NCBI GenBank assembly: GCA_029907465.1
Contig: JARYLV010000005.1
Coordinates: 22,231-86,230, forward strand
Direction of reading: 5' to 3'
DNA length: 64,000 nt
From: Methanomassiliicoccales archaeon
GTDB taxonomy: Archaea > Thermoplasmatota > Thermoplasmata > Methanomassiliicoccales > JACIVX01
Within the stretch, counting starts at the first letter, position 1; each line of letters starts with the position of its first letter. Positions 9,185-19,785 of this stretch are shown piece after piece. The notes beneath the pieces were generated by a model. That model was given only the letters and a program-made list of their open reading frames with translations. It was not told the origin of the DNA and searched no databases. The position numbers were made by a program, and so were the translations under genes.

Positions 9185-9958
9185 ATGATCCTCGTGAAAT
9201 TAGGCGGTAGTGTCATCACGGAAAAGAGTCAACTGAGGAGTTTTCGCAAAGAAAACGTCGAAAGATTGGTCGATGAAATAAAAAGCGCGAGAAAGAAGAT
9301 CATTCTTGTTCATGGAGCCGGATCCTTCGGACACCTACTTGCCAATGAATACAGCCTGCAAAAGGGTTTTATCTCAAACAACCAGATACCCGGTCTTGCA
9401 AAAGTAATGGTCGATGTGAGGGAACTCAACCTGAATGTCATGAAAATTCTCGAGGAGAAAGGCATTGCTGCTGTCTCCATACCTCCGAGTACATCAACAA
9501 GATTGAACTCTGGCGAGATCGCCTATCTTGATTACGACCTGTTCGAACGATTTATCGAACTAGATACGATGCCCGTGACATTTGGCGACGTCTGCCTCGA
9601 CAAGAGACAGAAGTTCGGGATTTGTTCTGGCGACCAGCTCATGGAAAAACTTGCGAGCCATTTCAAACCGGAAAGGGCGATATTTTGCACGGACGTCGAT
9701 GGCATTTTCTCATCCGATCCAGCATCAAATCCCGATGCTAGATTGATCGAAGAAATCGATCGATCGATTCTAGAGCGCATACCAAAGAGTTCTAAGTATG
9801 TAGATGTGACTGGAGGCATGTTTGGGAAAATTGAGCGAATGGTACGTATCGCGTCGAGGAACTGCGAATGTCTCGTAATTAACGGTAATGTCCCTGGAAG
9901 GCTCAAAGCAGCACTCAAGGGAGACACCGTAAAAGGAACAAGAGTCGTTGGTGAATGA
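9185..9958 (+). CDS. ipk: Isopentenyl phosphate kinase
   Basis: MILVKLGGSVITEK...ILVHGAGSFGH... is an amino-acid-kinase fold with the IPK N-terminal signature. It lies in an operon with IDI2 and GGPPS. Confidence 0.85.
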   Translation: MILVKLGGSVITEKSQLRSFRKENVERLVDEIKSARKKIILVHGAGSFGHLLANEYSLQKGFISNNQIPGLAKVMVDVRELNLNVMKILEEKGIAAVSIPPSTSTRLNSGEIAYLDYDLFERFIELDTMPVTFGDVCLDKRQKFGICSGDQLMEKLASHFKPERAIFCTDVDGIFSSDPASNPDARLIEEIDRSILERIPKSSKYVDVTGGMFGKIERMVRIASRNCECLVINGNVPGRLKAALKGDTVKGTRVVGE

Positions 9959-9962
9959 GTCT

Positions 9963-11030
9963 ATGAGGCGTATCGAGAAAAGGAAGGCTGACCATGTCGA
10001 GGTCTCGATTGAAAAGGATGTCAGTTTTCACTATAACTATTGGGACGATGTGAAACTCGTACACAACGCTCTGCCAGAAGTCGACTTCGAGGAAATTGAT
10101 ACTTCAACAACGCTATTCGGCCGCAAACTCTCATTTCCTCTCATCGTTACCGCAATCACAGGAGGATATGGAAAAGCGGCTGAGATCAATAGGAACATTG
10201 CGAAGGCCTGCGAAGAAATGCAAATCGGAATGGGGGTTGGAAGCCAACGTGCGGCGCTCGAGAACGGTGACGAGAGTAGCTATTCTGTAATCAAAGAGTT
10301 CGATATACCGTTAAAAATCGGGAACATAGGGGCACCACAATTGGTAAAGCAACGGAACAAGAGGGCTTTCGATCTATCTTCCATCGAGAAGGCTTTTCAG
10401 ATGATCGATGCCGACCTCCTCAGCGTCCACCTCAATTTCTTGCAAGAAGTTGTACAGCCTGAAGGGGACACACGGGCAAGGGGATGCTTGGAAGCGCTTA
10501 GAGCGGTCGCCAAGGAGTTCCCAGTAATGGTAAAAGAGACGGGCGCCGGAATTTCGAGGGAAGTAGCCGAGAGACTAAAGGGGACCGGGATTAGAGGGAT
10601 TGATGTCTCTGGTGCTGGAGGGACGAGTTTCTCCGCCGTCGAAAAGTTCAGATCAGAGAAAATCGGCGATGAAAGGGGTGTAGCATTGGGAGAGACTTAC
10701 CGAGACTGGGGGATCCCCGCGCCTGCCTCCGTCATACTAGCAAACGTCGGACTTCCCTTGATCGCAAGTGGGGGGGTTATGAATGGCCTCCATATCGCTA
10801 AGGGTATCATTCTAGGTGCTCAATGCGCTGGCGTTGCGAGATCGATTCTTACCGCTGCGATGGACTCGGCAGAAGCTGTCGTCAAGAAATTGAAGATCAT
10901 GCAACTGGAATTCAGAACCGCGATGTTCCTGACAGGCTGTGCTAGAGTTTCAGATTTTCAAAAAAAGGAGTTTGTGCTCACAGGATTGACAAAGGATTGG
11001 CTTGAACAGTGCTGGAGGAGGAGGATATGA
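9963..11030 (+). CDS. fni: Isopentenyl-diphosphate delta-isomerase, type 2 (FMN-dependent)
   Basis: RKADHV..., PLIVTAITGG, GVGSQR, VKETGAGIS and IDVSGAGGTSF are typical IDI-2 motifs. The track ORF starts at TTG 9948, but ATG 9963 is more likely. Confidence 0.85.
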   Translation: MRRIEKRKADHVEVSIEKDVSFHYNYWDDVKLVHNALPEVDFEEIDTSTTLFGRKLSFPLIVTAITGGYGKAAEINRNIAKACEEMQIGMGVGSQRAALENGDESSYSVIKEFDIPLKIGNIGAPQLVKQRNKRAFDLSSIEKAFQMIDADLLSVHLNFLQEVVQPEGDTRARGCLEALRAVAKEFPVMVKETGAGISREVAERLKGTGIRGIDVSGAGGTSFSAVEKFRSEKIGDERGVALGETYRDWGIPAPASVILANVGLPLIASGGVMNGLHIAKGIILGAQCAGVARSILTAAMDSAEAVVKKLKIMQLEFRTAMFLTGCARVSDFQKKEFVLTGLTKDWLEQCWRRRI

Positions 11031-12022
11031 GCATTCTTTCAGAAATGAGAGGGATCATCGAACGAGTGGACAGGAGTTTGATGTCATACCTTGAGGAAGG
11101 GAAACCGGAGAAATTGATGAAAGCCGTACGCCATTATCCTGAGGCTGGGGGAAAGAGATTAAGGCCACTGGTAGCATACCTCGTCGCTGAGGCTGTTGGC
11201 CATGATGGTGAAGGCTCCATTCCATTCGGATGCGCCCTTGAAATCATTCATAATTTTACGCTGATCCACGATGACATTATTGACCAAGACCCTATGAGAA
11301 GGGGGAGACCATCAGTCCACGTTCTTTTCGACATTCCGACAGCGATTATCGCGGGAGACGCGATGTTCGCGCGTGGATTCGAGGTAATCGGCAAGACCAA
11401 AACGACGCCAGAACGATTGAATCGATTATACGCAATTACTTCTAGAACAGTTTGGTTGATTGCCGAAGGGCAGCAGATGGACTTCGACTTCGAGACGCGG
11501 AACGATGTGACACCGCAGGAATACTTGGAGATGGTTGAGAAAAAAACCGCGGTTCTGTTTGCTTGCGCAGCAGAGGGGGGCGCGATTATTGCGGGGGGGT
11601 CAGAAAACCAGATAAGAGAAATGAGAGAATATGGGAGGATGCTCGGCATTGCCTTCCAGATCTGGGATGATGTCCTCGGGATCACGGGAGAAGAAGAACA
11701 ACTCGGAAAGCCTGTCGGGTCAGACATCCGGAACGGTAAGCGTACACTTATCGTTCTTCATGCATTGAAGGAACTCGACGACAGAAAGGACAAGACGAGA
11801 AAAGAGCTCCTTGTATCCACGCTAGGCAACGAAAAGGCGAACGAGGAGAGGATACATGAGGTTCTCGATGTGCTTCGCGATCTTGGCAGTATTGATTACG
11901 CGAAGGAGACTGCCCTTTCTTTTGTAAAAAAGGCGAAAATGAATCTCGAATGTCTCGATGACAGCAAAGAAAAGGAGATGCTATCGGCACTCGTCGATTT
12001 CGCCGTCGGAAGAAAAAAATGA
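11027..12022 (+). CDS. idsA: Geranylgeranyl diphosphate synthase (trans-polyprenyl synthase)
   Basis: Carries the first and second Asp-rich motifs LIHDDIID and FQIWDDVLG. ATG 11027 follows GGAGGAGGAGGA and overlaps the IDI2 stop (ATGA). The track start is 11009. Confidence 0.85.
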   Translation: MSILSEMRGIIERVDRSLMSYLEEGKPEKLMKAVRHYPEAGGKRLRPLVAYLVAEAVGHDGEGSIPFGCALEIIHNFTLIHDDIIDQDPMRRGRPSVHVLFDIPTAIIAGDAMFARGFEVIGKTKTTPERLNRLYAITSRTVWLIAEGQQMDFDFETRNDVTPQEYLEMVEKKTAVLFACAAEGGAIIAGGSENQIREMREYGRMLGIAFQIWDDVLGITGEEEQLGKPVGSDIRNGKRTLIVLHALKELDDRKDKTRKELLVSTLGNEKANEERIHEVLDVLRDLGSIDYAKETALSFVKKAKMNLECLDDSKEKEMLSALVDFAVGRKK

Positions 12023-12045
12023 GTGTCATCAAGAAAGACAAAGAC

Positions 12046-12771
12046 CTAGCACGAGATTCCCCGGTCTGTGAGCACGAATTCTGCGATCCGATTTTCAGGA
12101 AGATGTCGGTGCTTAACGAGAATTGCTCTTCTTCGCCCCGGCGACAACTTCTCCAGGCGTATAATCACTTTTGCATTGTGATGGAGTGCATGGCCACCTA
12201 GCGCTTCGTATGTGCCCTTCTCAACGTCCGTGTAAACCTGAGATGTCAGCAATATCGGAATGTTCATTTTCCTTGCGACGCTGAGCAACTTGACCGTCTG
12301 ATTCGCAATCGATCTCCTTTCTGACCTTTCTTCCTGCCTGCTCGTCAGGCGGTAATACATCGTCGCGGAATCAAGTACGATCAGGCCGATGTCGGGATTG
12401 CCCTCTGCCATCTTGACTGCCCTGTCGACCATCTTCTCTTGCTCATCGAAGCTATGAACCTCGCTGAACAAGATGTTCTTCACAATTACATCGAAATCGC
12501 CACCAGCGATTTGGCGCAATCTATCCAGAGAGACACCTTCCGTATCGATGTAAGCGACTTTCCTCCCATGCTTGACGATATTGCATGAAAGGAGAAGGCA
12601 AAGGCTGGTTTTGCCGGTGCCAGCCTCTCCGTAGATGAGAGTCAGACAGCCAGTCTCGATACCACCATCGAGCATTGAGTCCAGCGTAGCGCAACCGAAC
12701 GGGATCCTATCCACAATCAGAAAAGGTAGTTGAAAACAATAATCTTTGTTGTTGGTTTCATGAGCGTGCAA
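12046..12771 (-). CDS. radB: RadB recombinase paralogue (RecA-superfamily ATPase)
   Basis: LDSMLDGGIETGCLTLIYGEAGTGKTSLCL (Walker A) and LIVLDS (Walker B). The roughly 240 aa size matches RadB rather than RadA. Confidence 0.8.
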   Translation of the reverse strand: MHAHETNNKDYCFQLPFLIVDRIPFGCATLDSMLDGGIETGCLTLIYGEAGTGKTSLCLLLSCNIVKHGRKVAYIDTEGVSLDRLRQIAGGDFDVIVKNILFSEVHSFDEQEKMVDRAVKMAEGNPDIGLIVLDSATMYYRLTSRQEERSERRSIANQTVKLLSVARKMNIPILLTSQVYTDVEKGTYEALGGHALHHNAKVIIRLEKLSPGRRRAILVKHRHLPENRIAEFVLTDRGISC

Positions 12772-12969
12772 CAGTCACGGCCGATAGAATCATTGTACCT
12801 CTTGCAGAATCTCATCCAGAGCATCGGATCGAACGCCAGTGTTCAGAGTTTAGAGGCCCACGAGAGAACAATATAGAAATCTGTTGCATTTAGAAACTGA
12901 AATCTAAATGATTTAGATGTCTAACGATCCATTATGTATCGTCATTCAATTGGTACTTCCCCAAATCAA

Positions 12970-14232
12970 TTATATTGATTTTTCACGAGTCTTTCTGAGG
13001 AACAAGACGAGGAGAAGGGCACCAATGACCTGGAAAATCGCCATGATAATGAGACCGATGTCATAGGAAGAAGTGAATGCGACTGCCATGCCGAGGAGAA
13101 CGGGTCCGAACACCGCCCCACCGTTTGCTATACCATTCATAATCCCTGTTGCGCTCCCAATCAGTCGCGCCGGAGTAATACTTTGCAATAGCGTGAACGA
13201 TGTAGGCGCCATCACGCCAAGGAAGAAGAAAATAGCGCTAGCGACAAGAACGACATGGTCATGAGGAAATACTACGATTAGTAGGAGAAGAAAAATCGCG
13301 TCGATTACAGCGAAGATGAACGCCGTCTCGACACGCCTCCCTGTCCGATCGCTTATCCACGATCCAGTATACATGCCACAGAGCCCGCCAATATACGGAA
13401 GTGAAGCTCCCCAAACTAACTCCTCAACAGAAAATCCCTTGGCAACGAGGAAATAAGTGGGTAGCCAGAGAGAGAGCCCCCACCACGCCAAATTAATGGA
13501 TAGAAACGAAAAAGTGATGATGAAAAGACCTTTGATTCTTACCGATTCACTCAAGTTCTGTCTTGTCAGCTCGATAAGGGAACGCATGGATATACGCGAT
13601 TCCGGCCGAGATCGTGCTTCATGCGGATGATCGCACAGACACCTCCAGAGAGGAATCAAGAGAATGAAGCCAGCCGCTCCAACTGCATAGAACATGAACT
13701 GCCAGCTTGTTGCAACGATCAGCGGGAGAAGCAGAAGCGGCACGAGGAGATTCGATAAAAATCCTGAACTAAGGTATAACGCATTGACTCGTGCCCGACC
13801 CGAGGGTGGGAACCATGTGCCGACGACCTTACTTGCACTGGGAAAGAGCGGACCTTGTGAAAGACCAAGAAAGAATCTTGCCAAAATGAAGATCATAACG
13901 AAGGTGCCAAAAAAGCCCGTGAGAACGGTTAGGGCCGACCATGCCAGGACAGCAAAAATGAGACTTTTTTTGGGCCCGAAATAATCGATAAGCGGGCTGA
14001 TAAAGATATTTGAGATTCCGTATCCGACAAGAAAGATGCCAAGTAAAACCCCACCCAGTTCACCGAGCTGCTCAGACCCCCATCCATATTCATCGGCCAC
14101 GAATGGAAGTGCGACAGAAACATTTGCCCTGGCAATGTAGCCGACGAGTGTTGCAAGAAAAAGGGTCAACGCAATTGTTGCCGCACGTCGCGACGATAAT
14201 CGTATTATATCATCGTTCTCCACAGATATCAT
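12970..14232 (-). CDS. MFS transporter
   Basis: 420 aa with about 12 TM segments and the loop motif GxxSDRTGRR (WISDRTGRRV). Confidence 0.8.
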   Translation of the reverse strand: MISVENDDIIRLSSRRAATIALTLFLATLVGYIARANVSVALPFVADEYGWGSEQLGELGGVLLGIFLVGYGISNIFISPLIDYFGPKKSLIFAVLAWSALTVLTGFFGTFVMIFILARFFLGLSQGPLFPSASKVVGTWFPPSGRARVNALYLSSGFLSNLLVPLLLLPLIVATSWQFMFYAVGAAGFILLIPLWRCLCDHPHEARSRPESRISMRSLIELTRQNLSESVRIKGLFIITFSFLSINLAWWGLSLWLPTYFLVAKGFSVEELVWGASLPYIGGLCGMYTGSWISDRTGRRVETAFIFAVIDAIFLLLLIVVFPHDHVVLVASAIFFFLGVMAPTSFTLLQSITPARLIGSATGIMNGIANGGAVFGPVLLGMAVAFTSSYDIGLIIMAIFQVIGALLLVLFLRKTREKSI

Positions 14233-14351
14233 CAGGAGATTTCATGCCGGTCTTATCATCTTTTTTAATAATGTTTTAAATCGTTGAGAAACAGAATTAG
14301 TATACTCTTAACAGAAACTTCTTCGTTGGACGAGACGAGACTGAGGCAGTA

Positions 14352-16163
14352 ATGGGAATATCATCTATTGACTGCCGTAGGAATGTCCCGAAGGATCTTT
14401 TTCCTTTCCCGGATGCAAGAAAGGGTCAGGACTTGTTTCTTAAACATGCTAGGGAATGTGTCAAGCACGGGATTCATCTTTTTGCACACGCCCCCACGGG
14501 ACTCGGTAAAACAGCAGTGAGTATGGCAGCAGCGCTGGAATACGTCTTACAGAACGAAGGGATTCTTTTCTTCCTGACTGCGAGACAATCCCAACACGCC
14601 GTTGCAGTCGAGACGGCCAAGCGAATCCACGAAAAGGAAGAGATCAGGGCGATAGATATCATCGCTCAAGAAGATATGTGCCTTGCAACGAGAGAAAGAC
14701 GTATCCAGTGCATAAACGACAACGCCTGTTTTTTCTCGAGAGAGATCACAAATGAAATGATTGAAAGGATACTTGCGCAGCCCTTGCATGTACAGGAGCT
14801 GATGAGAGTCTGCCTCAAGGAGGGTGTTTGCCCGTATTTCGCAGCGATGTGCGCAATGCCCCGATCAGATCTCGTCGTCTGCGACTACAATCACTTCTTC
14901 GCGTTCAATACACGGCCGATCCTCGATAGGTTCAAAAAAAAGATTTCCGAAACGGTCATTATTGTCGATGAAGGCCACAACCTACCGAGAAGAATCATCG
15001 AGAATCACACTGGAATTCTAACTTTGCATTCGATCCAACGGGCGGTGAATTCAAAATCGTTTAAGAAATTTCGCGAAGATATTGGTGCCATCAGGAGCGC
15101 TTTTCTCAAGATATTATCAACACACCAAGGTGATGAACTACTTAGCACGAGAGAGCTGGATGACATGCTCATCGCCAATGCCTGCATAGATACTGAGGGG
15201 CTTGCGCGTGAATTCTCAAAACACCTCGAGCCATTAGATTTGATGAAACATCGTGAGATCATCACTTTTCTTTCAATGTGGCACCGGTTCGGTGAGTCAA
15301 GTGTTAGGTATGTCGACAGGAGCTCGAAATCAATCGTCGTGCACTTGATCGATCCGGCCCTGATATCTAAACCCGTATTTGACGCAACACGTTGTGTGAT
15401 CGTGATGAGCGGCACGCTTCACCCCCCAGAAATGTTTGCCGATCTTCTCGGTGTGAAAGGGAGATGCGCGTGCCGGCGATATCCATCGCCATTTCCTGTT
15501 GAAAATCGGTTAATTCTAGCCGTACCCCAGGTTTCGTCAAGGTACAGGACGCGTTCGGAAACCACCTATTCAACTATGGCGAAGATCATCACAGACATTT
15601 CTGCTGTCGTCCGGGGCAACGTGCTCTGTTTCTTCACCTCTTACGATTTCCTGGACGCAGTTAGATCGAAATTGGATCCAATGAAGTTTGCAAGAAGCGT
15701 TTTGATAGAAAAGAGGGGGTGCAGGAAGAGTGAGAAGGAAGCGATAATCACGGAATTAACGCGCAATCAACACTGCTTGGTACTCGCGCCGATTGGTGGG
15801 TCATTTTCAGAGGGTGTTGATTTCAAGAACAATATCATATCCTGTGTGATCATCGCAGGTTTTCCGATGAACCCTCCATCAATCGAGAATATTGCAATAA
15901 AAGATCGATTTAAAGATAAGATAGGGGAAAGGATGGCGGAACTCTACTTCGATATTTATCCCGCAATTTCTAAGGTTCTACAAGCGGCAGGACGTGCCAT
16001 TAGGAGTGAAAGCGATCGCGCTGTAATCGCATTGCTCGATGAAAGATACTCTGATCCTACCATCAAGGGTGTTTTTCCCAATGATTTTCAGATCAAGACC
16101 TTTGAAGACCCGATAAGTATGATCCATGACTTCTTTACGGCAAAAAATATCAATTCTGATTGA
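14352..16163 (+). CDS. xpd: XPD/Rad3-type (DinG family) ATP-dependent DNA helicase
   Basis: FPFPDARKGQ...AHAPTGLGKT (motif I) and IIVDEGHNL (DEAH-like). A Cys cluster (CLATRERRIQC..NACFF...CPYF) fits the FeS domain. The C-terminal motif is QAAGRAIRSESD. Confidence 0.8.
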   Translation: MGISSIDCRRNVPKDLFPFPDARKGQDLFLKHARECVKHGIHLFAHAPTGLGKTAVSMAAALEYVLQNEGILFFLTARQSQHAVAVETAKRIHEKEEIRAIDIIAQEDMCLATRERRIQCINDNACFFSREITNEMIERILAQPLHVQELMRVCLKEGVCPYFAAMCAMPRSDLVVCDYNHFFAFNTRPILDRFKKKISETVIIVDEGHNLPRRIIENHTGILTLHSIQRAVNSKSFKKFREDIGAIRSAFLKILSTHQGDELLSTRELDDMLIANACIDTEGLAREFSKHLEPLDLMKHREIITFLSMWHRFGESSVRYVDRSSKSIVVHLIDPALISKPVFDATRCVIVMSGTLHPPEMFADLLGVKGRCACRRYPSPFPVENRLILAVPQVSSRYRTRSETTYSTMAKIITDISAVVRGNVLCFFTSYDFLDAVRSKLDPMKFARSVLIEKRGCRKSEKEAIITELTRNQHCLVLAPIGGSFSEGVDFKNNIISCVIIAGFPMNPPSIENIAIKDRFKDKIGERMAELYFDIYPAISKVLQAAGRAIRSESDRAVIALLDERYSDPTIKGVFPNDFQIKTFEDPISMIHDFFTAKNINSD

Positions 16164-16352
16164 GTCCAGTAAGACCTTTCAATGTTGACTGGAAAAGCTC
16201 TCCTATCGCTTTAAAAGAAAATGATTCCAGAACCCCTTTCACTACGAATAAATGTTCTTTCTCAATCAATATCAAAAGTAGGCATAAGATTAATTATCGT
16301 TAAACTAGAATTACAACACATCACAAATCAATTCAGAATAATGCAGTGAAAA

Positions 16353-17441
16353 ATGATGATCGCTAGACCTTTTCGTATCGAAGATAAAGAGGGAGTCATT
16401 AGATTACTGTGCAGCAATAGTATATGGCCTTCCGCGGAAATAGATATCGAGCCTTCGAAGTATTGGGACTGGAAATTCCTTCGGAATCCAGCAGGCTCTG
16501 GCATTATCTGTGTAGTCGAAGAAAAAGGCGAGGTCATTTCCCACGCAGCTGCAGTCCCTATATTCATTTGGGTGAGAGGTGAGGTTGTATTGGGATCGCA
16601 AGGCGTTGATGTCCTTACCCACCCCGAATATCGTCACAAGAATGCTGCTATGCTCGCAATAAAATGTAGAAACGAACAAAGGGAAAAAAAGAATGTCCAG
16701 ATCGATCTCGCATTTACGAGCGATCGTTTTCATGCTGATTTTGCGAAGAAGAGCGGGCACAAAGAAATCGGCGTCGACATGGTCCGGTATGAACTCATTA
16801 CAAGACCCTCCTTGTTCTTCAAGGGTGGTTTTTTAGAGAAATCAAAGAAACTCATGTACGAGCAATACATCCGCCTCAGAAGATTCATTACATTGAATGG
16901 AATCCTTGGGGCCGACGATCTTAAAATCATACCGGGAAACAGGTTTGACGAAAACATCGATGATTTGGTGTCATCCGCATTGATCCAATTTGATCTCGCT
17001 GTTTTCAAAGATCAAGAATATCTCAATTGGAGATACGCTGACAAGGACGCGGGGGAATTTAACATACTCCTCGCGTACGAGAATGGAACGGTAATCGGCT
17101 ATATTGTATTCAAATTCATAGGGAATAAGCCCGTGAAATATGGCGAGATTGTTGATATCCTTGTGAGGCCTGGTTCTAATTACGCCGCCACCATTCTTCT
17201 AGCCGAAGCGATTGAACGTCTTCTTGAAAAAGGAGCGGTTAGTGTTTATTGTTGGCTTCCGAGTAGGCACCCCTACACCTCGTCCTTGAGGAAAATTGGC
17301 TTCCTGCGACCGAGAAAACAAAATGATCAATCGATGATCATTCTCTACAAGGACCGGAGTGATAAGAGAATAATGCAAGGAATCGTCGAGGAAAGAAGAA
17401 AAAAGGTGCACTTCGTTTTTGGCGACTCTGATTGGATCTGA
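16353..17441 (+). CDS. GNAT-family N-acetyltransferase (two GNAT-like halves)
   Basis: GVDVLTHPEYRHKNAAMLA and IVDILVRPGSNYAATILLAEAIERL resemble the acetyl-CoA binding motif A. Confidence 0.5.
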   Translation: MMIARPFRIEDKEGVIRLLCSNSIWPSAEIDIEPSKYWDWKFLRNPAGSGIICVVEEKGEVISHAAAVPIFIWVRGEVVLGSQGVDVLTHPEYRHKNAAMLAIKCRNEQREKKNVQIDLAFTSDRFHADFAKKSGHKEIGVDMVRYELITRPSLFFKGGFLEKSKKLMYEQYIRLRRFITLNGILGADDLKIIPGNRFDENIDDLVSSALIQFDLAVFKDQEYLNWRYADKDAGEFNILLAYENGTVIGYIVFKFIGNKPVKYGEIVDILVRPGSNYAATILLAEAIERLLEKGAVSVYCWLPSRHPYTSSLRKIGFLRPRKQNDQSMIILYKDRSDKRIMQGIVEERRKKVHFVFGDSDWI

Positions 17442-17578
17442 ACGGTTTCAAGAACATCAGTGAACTGAATATTGCAACTTAGAGCAGTTCAAATCGAATT
17501 TAGCTCCAAACATCTCGAAGATTTTAGATTTAGCAGAAGAAAAAAAAAGATTATTAATCGTGTAGCATTTTTCGATGC

Positions 17579-18193
17579 GTGGAGATTATCAGAAGAGGCG
17601 CTGAAGCAGAAATTAGGGTAGATAGGTGGATGGGTCGAACGGTTATCGTCAAGAGCAGAGTGCCGAAGAATTATAGGCACCCAGAGCTTGACCGTCAATT
17701 GCGGGCCCAGCGCACGAAAAACGAGGCAAGACTTATACGTGAGGCCAGACAGCTCGGCGTCCCAACGCCAATTATTTACGATATCGATCTTCATAAAGCA
17801 GAACTGGTAATGGAAAAGATTGAGGGCGAAAGGGTTAAAGATGCGCTTTCAAAAGCGGATAGTAAAGATCTCGAAAGGATTTGTTTGGAGATCGGTCGAT
17901 TAACCGCGATGCTTCACAGAAATGGGATCGCTCATGGAGATCTTACGACATCGAACATGATCCTCCGTGACGATAAGATCTGGCTCATCGACTTCTCGTT
18001 AGGCGAAAAAAATGCCAAGATCGAAGAACTCGGGGTGGATTTTCATCTGTTAAAGGAAGCGTTTCTCTCAGCGCATTCGGAGATATTTGACAAATTCCAG
18101 ATCGTGATCGACTCCTACAGAGAACATTTCGAAAATGCTGACGCCGTCATCAAACGGATGAAGGAGATTGAGAGCAGGGGGCGGTATACTTAG
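17579..18193 (+). CDS. bud32: Bud32 / Kae1-associated kinase (KEOPS subunit)
   Basis: IIRRGAEAEI..., a catalytic-loop-like HGDLTTSNMIL and LIDFSLG. About 200 aa with a GTG start. Confidence 0.8.
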   Translation: MEIIRRGAEAEIRVDRWMGRTVIVKSRVPKNYRHPELDRQLRAQRTKNEARLIREARQLGVPTPIIYDIDLHKAELVMEKIEGERVKDALSKADSKDLERICLEIGRLTAMLHRNGIAHGDLTTSNMILRDDKIWLIDFSLGEKNAKIEELGVDFHLLKEAFLSAHSEIFDKFQIVIDSYREHFENADAVIKRMKEIESRGRYT

Positions 18194-18772
18194 ATGAGGC
18201 TCTCCATCGTCACATCGAACCGATGGAAAATCGAAGAACTCGGCGCTGCACTTACTCCGCTCGGTATCGAGGTTGAAATGAGCGATGTTGATTGCGAGGA
18301 AATCCAGGCGGATTCACTTGAAGAGGTTGTGCATCACTGCCTCGATGAGCTCAAAATGAAAGGCATGACGAATTTCATTCTCGATGATTCCGGCCTCTTT
18401 ATTAGGCATTTGAAAGGGTTTCCAGGCGTATATTCCTCTTACGTTTTCAAGACGCTCGGATGTTCTGGCATTCTTAAATTGATGAATGGTGTCGAGGATC
18501 GTGAAGCCTATTTTCAATGCTGCATTGGTTGCATAATTGATGACAAGGAAATTATTGTTAGTGAGAGAACGTATGGAGTGATCAGCACAGAAGAGCGAGG
18601 GGATGGAGGGTTTGGATTTGATCCGATCTTTATCCCAAAGGGCGGAACGCGGACATTTGCAGAAATGTCCATAGAGGAGAAGAATCGTATTTCTCACCGT
18701 GGGAAAGCGATTTCCGCGTTAGTGAGCGCGCTGGAGGAGCGATTTTTCGCCCCAGACAGGAGAGGACAATGA
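18194..18772 (+). CDS. Non-canonical purine NTP pyrophosphatase (HAM1/RdgB/ITPase family)
   Basis: IVTSNRWKIEE..., DDSGLFI..LKGFPGVYS, GFGFDPIF and ISHRGKA. Confidence 0.85.
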   Translation: MRLSIVTSNRWKIEELGAALTPLGIEVEMSDVDCEEIQADSLEEVVHHCLDELKMKGMTNFILDDSGLFIRHLKGFPGVYSSYVFKTLGCSGILKLMNGVEDREAYFQCCIGCIIDDKEIIVSERTYGVISTEERGDGGFGFDPIFIPKGGTRTFAEMSIEEKNRISHRGKAISALVSALEERFFAPDRRGQ

Positions 18773-19743
18773 AACTGCAAGACAGGAGAATCATCGTCAC
18801 TGGTTGTGCGGGATTTATCGGCAGCCATCTGACCGAGCGCCTCGTTAATGCCAAGAATGAGGTCATCGGTATCGATAATTTCAGCGCTGGAAAACGAGAA
18901 TTCCTCGCATCGATAGAGGGGAATAGGAATTTCGAGTTGCTCAACGGCGATCTACTTTCCCTTAATTTGGACGAGATTTTCTGTGGTTCCGAAATCATTT
19001 TTCATTTTGCAGCAAATCCTGAAGTTAGAGTCGGCACCAGCGACACACGCATACACCTTGATCAAAATGTATTTGTCACATACCGCGTTTTGGAAGCGGC
19101 TAGGAAACAATGCATCAAGAGTATCGTCTTTCCATCTACCTCAACAGTTTATGGTGAGCCTGAAATCATTCCGACGCCGGAGAATTACGGCCCCCTTCTA
19201 CCAATATCGCTTTACGGCGCTTCGAAGCTAGCATGCGAAGCGCTCATAAGCGCTTACTGTCACACTTTTGACATGAGTTCTGTAATTTTCAGATTTGCAA
19301 ATGTCGTGGGCCCGAGAAGCACGCATAATGTTCTTCACGACTTCTTGAAAAAGTTGGAGAGGGATCCGAAGAACCTCGAAATCCTTGGTTCACCCCCTGG
19401 GACGAGAAAGTCGTACATCCATGTTTCAGAGTGCATCGATGCGATGATCCTTGGCACTGAAAAAGCGGGATCATCGGTGGAGATCTTCAACATCGGTTCG
19501 GAGGACAGCATTACCGTCAAGCAAATTGCTGACATTGTCGTAGAAGAGCTGGGCCTTGCTGATGTTGCTTATCTGTGGACAGGGGGAGTCAAGGGAGGCA
19601 GAGGCTGGGTTGGTGATGTCAAAGAGATGCTTCTTTCTATCCAAAAAATTGAACGACTTGGATGGAGACCGAAATTGAGCAGTGCCGACGCAGTGCGAAA
19701 AGCCGTAAGAGAAATGATTGGAGAGCGTCGGGTAGAACGATGA
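18769..19743 (+). CDS. NAD-dependent sugar epimerase/dehydratase (SDR family)
   Basis: Rossmann motif VTGCAGFIGSHL and catalytic YGASK. Its start overlaps the upstream stop by 4 nt. Confidence 0.8.
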   Translation: MKLQDRRIIVTGCAGFIGSHLTERLVNAKNEVIGIDNFSAGKREFLASIEGNRNFELLNGDLLSLNLDEIFCGSEIIFHFAANPEVRVGTSDTRIHLDQNVFVTYRVLEAARKQCIKSIVFPSTSTVYGEPEIIPTPENYGPLLPISLYGASKLACEALISAYCHTFDMSSVIFRFANVVGPRSTHNVLHDFLKKLERDPKNLEILGSPPGTRKSYIHVSECIDAMILGTEKAGSSVEIFNIGSEDSITVKQIADIVVEELGLADVAYLWTGGVKGGRGWVGDVKEMLLSIQKIERLGWRPKLSSADAVRKAVREMIGERRVER

Positions 19744-19785
19744 TGCTGGCGCATTCATCGGAATTATCTCAATAGCGGAGCCCTG

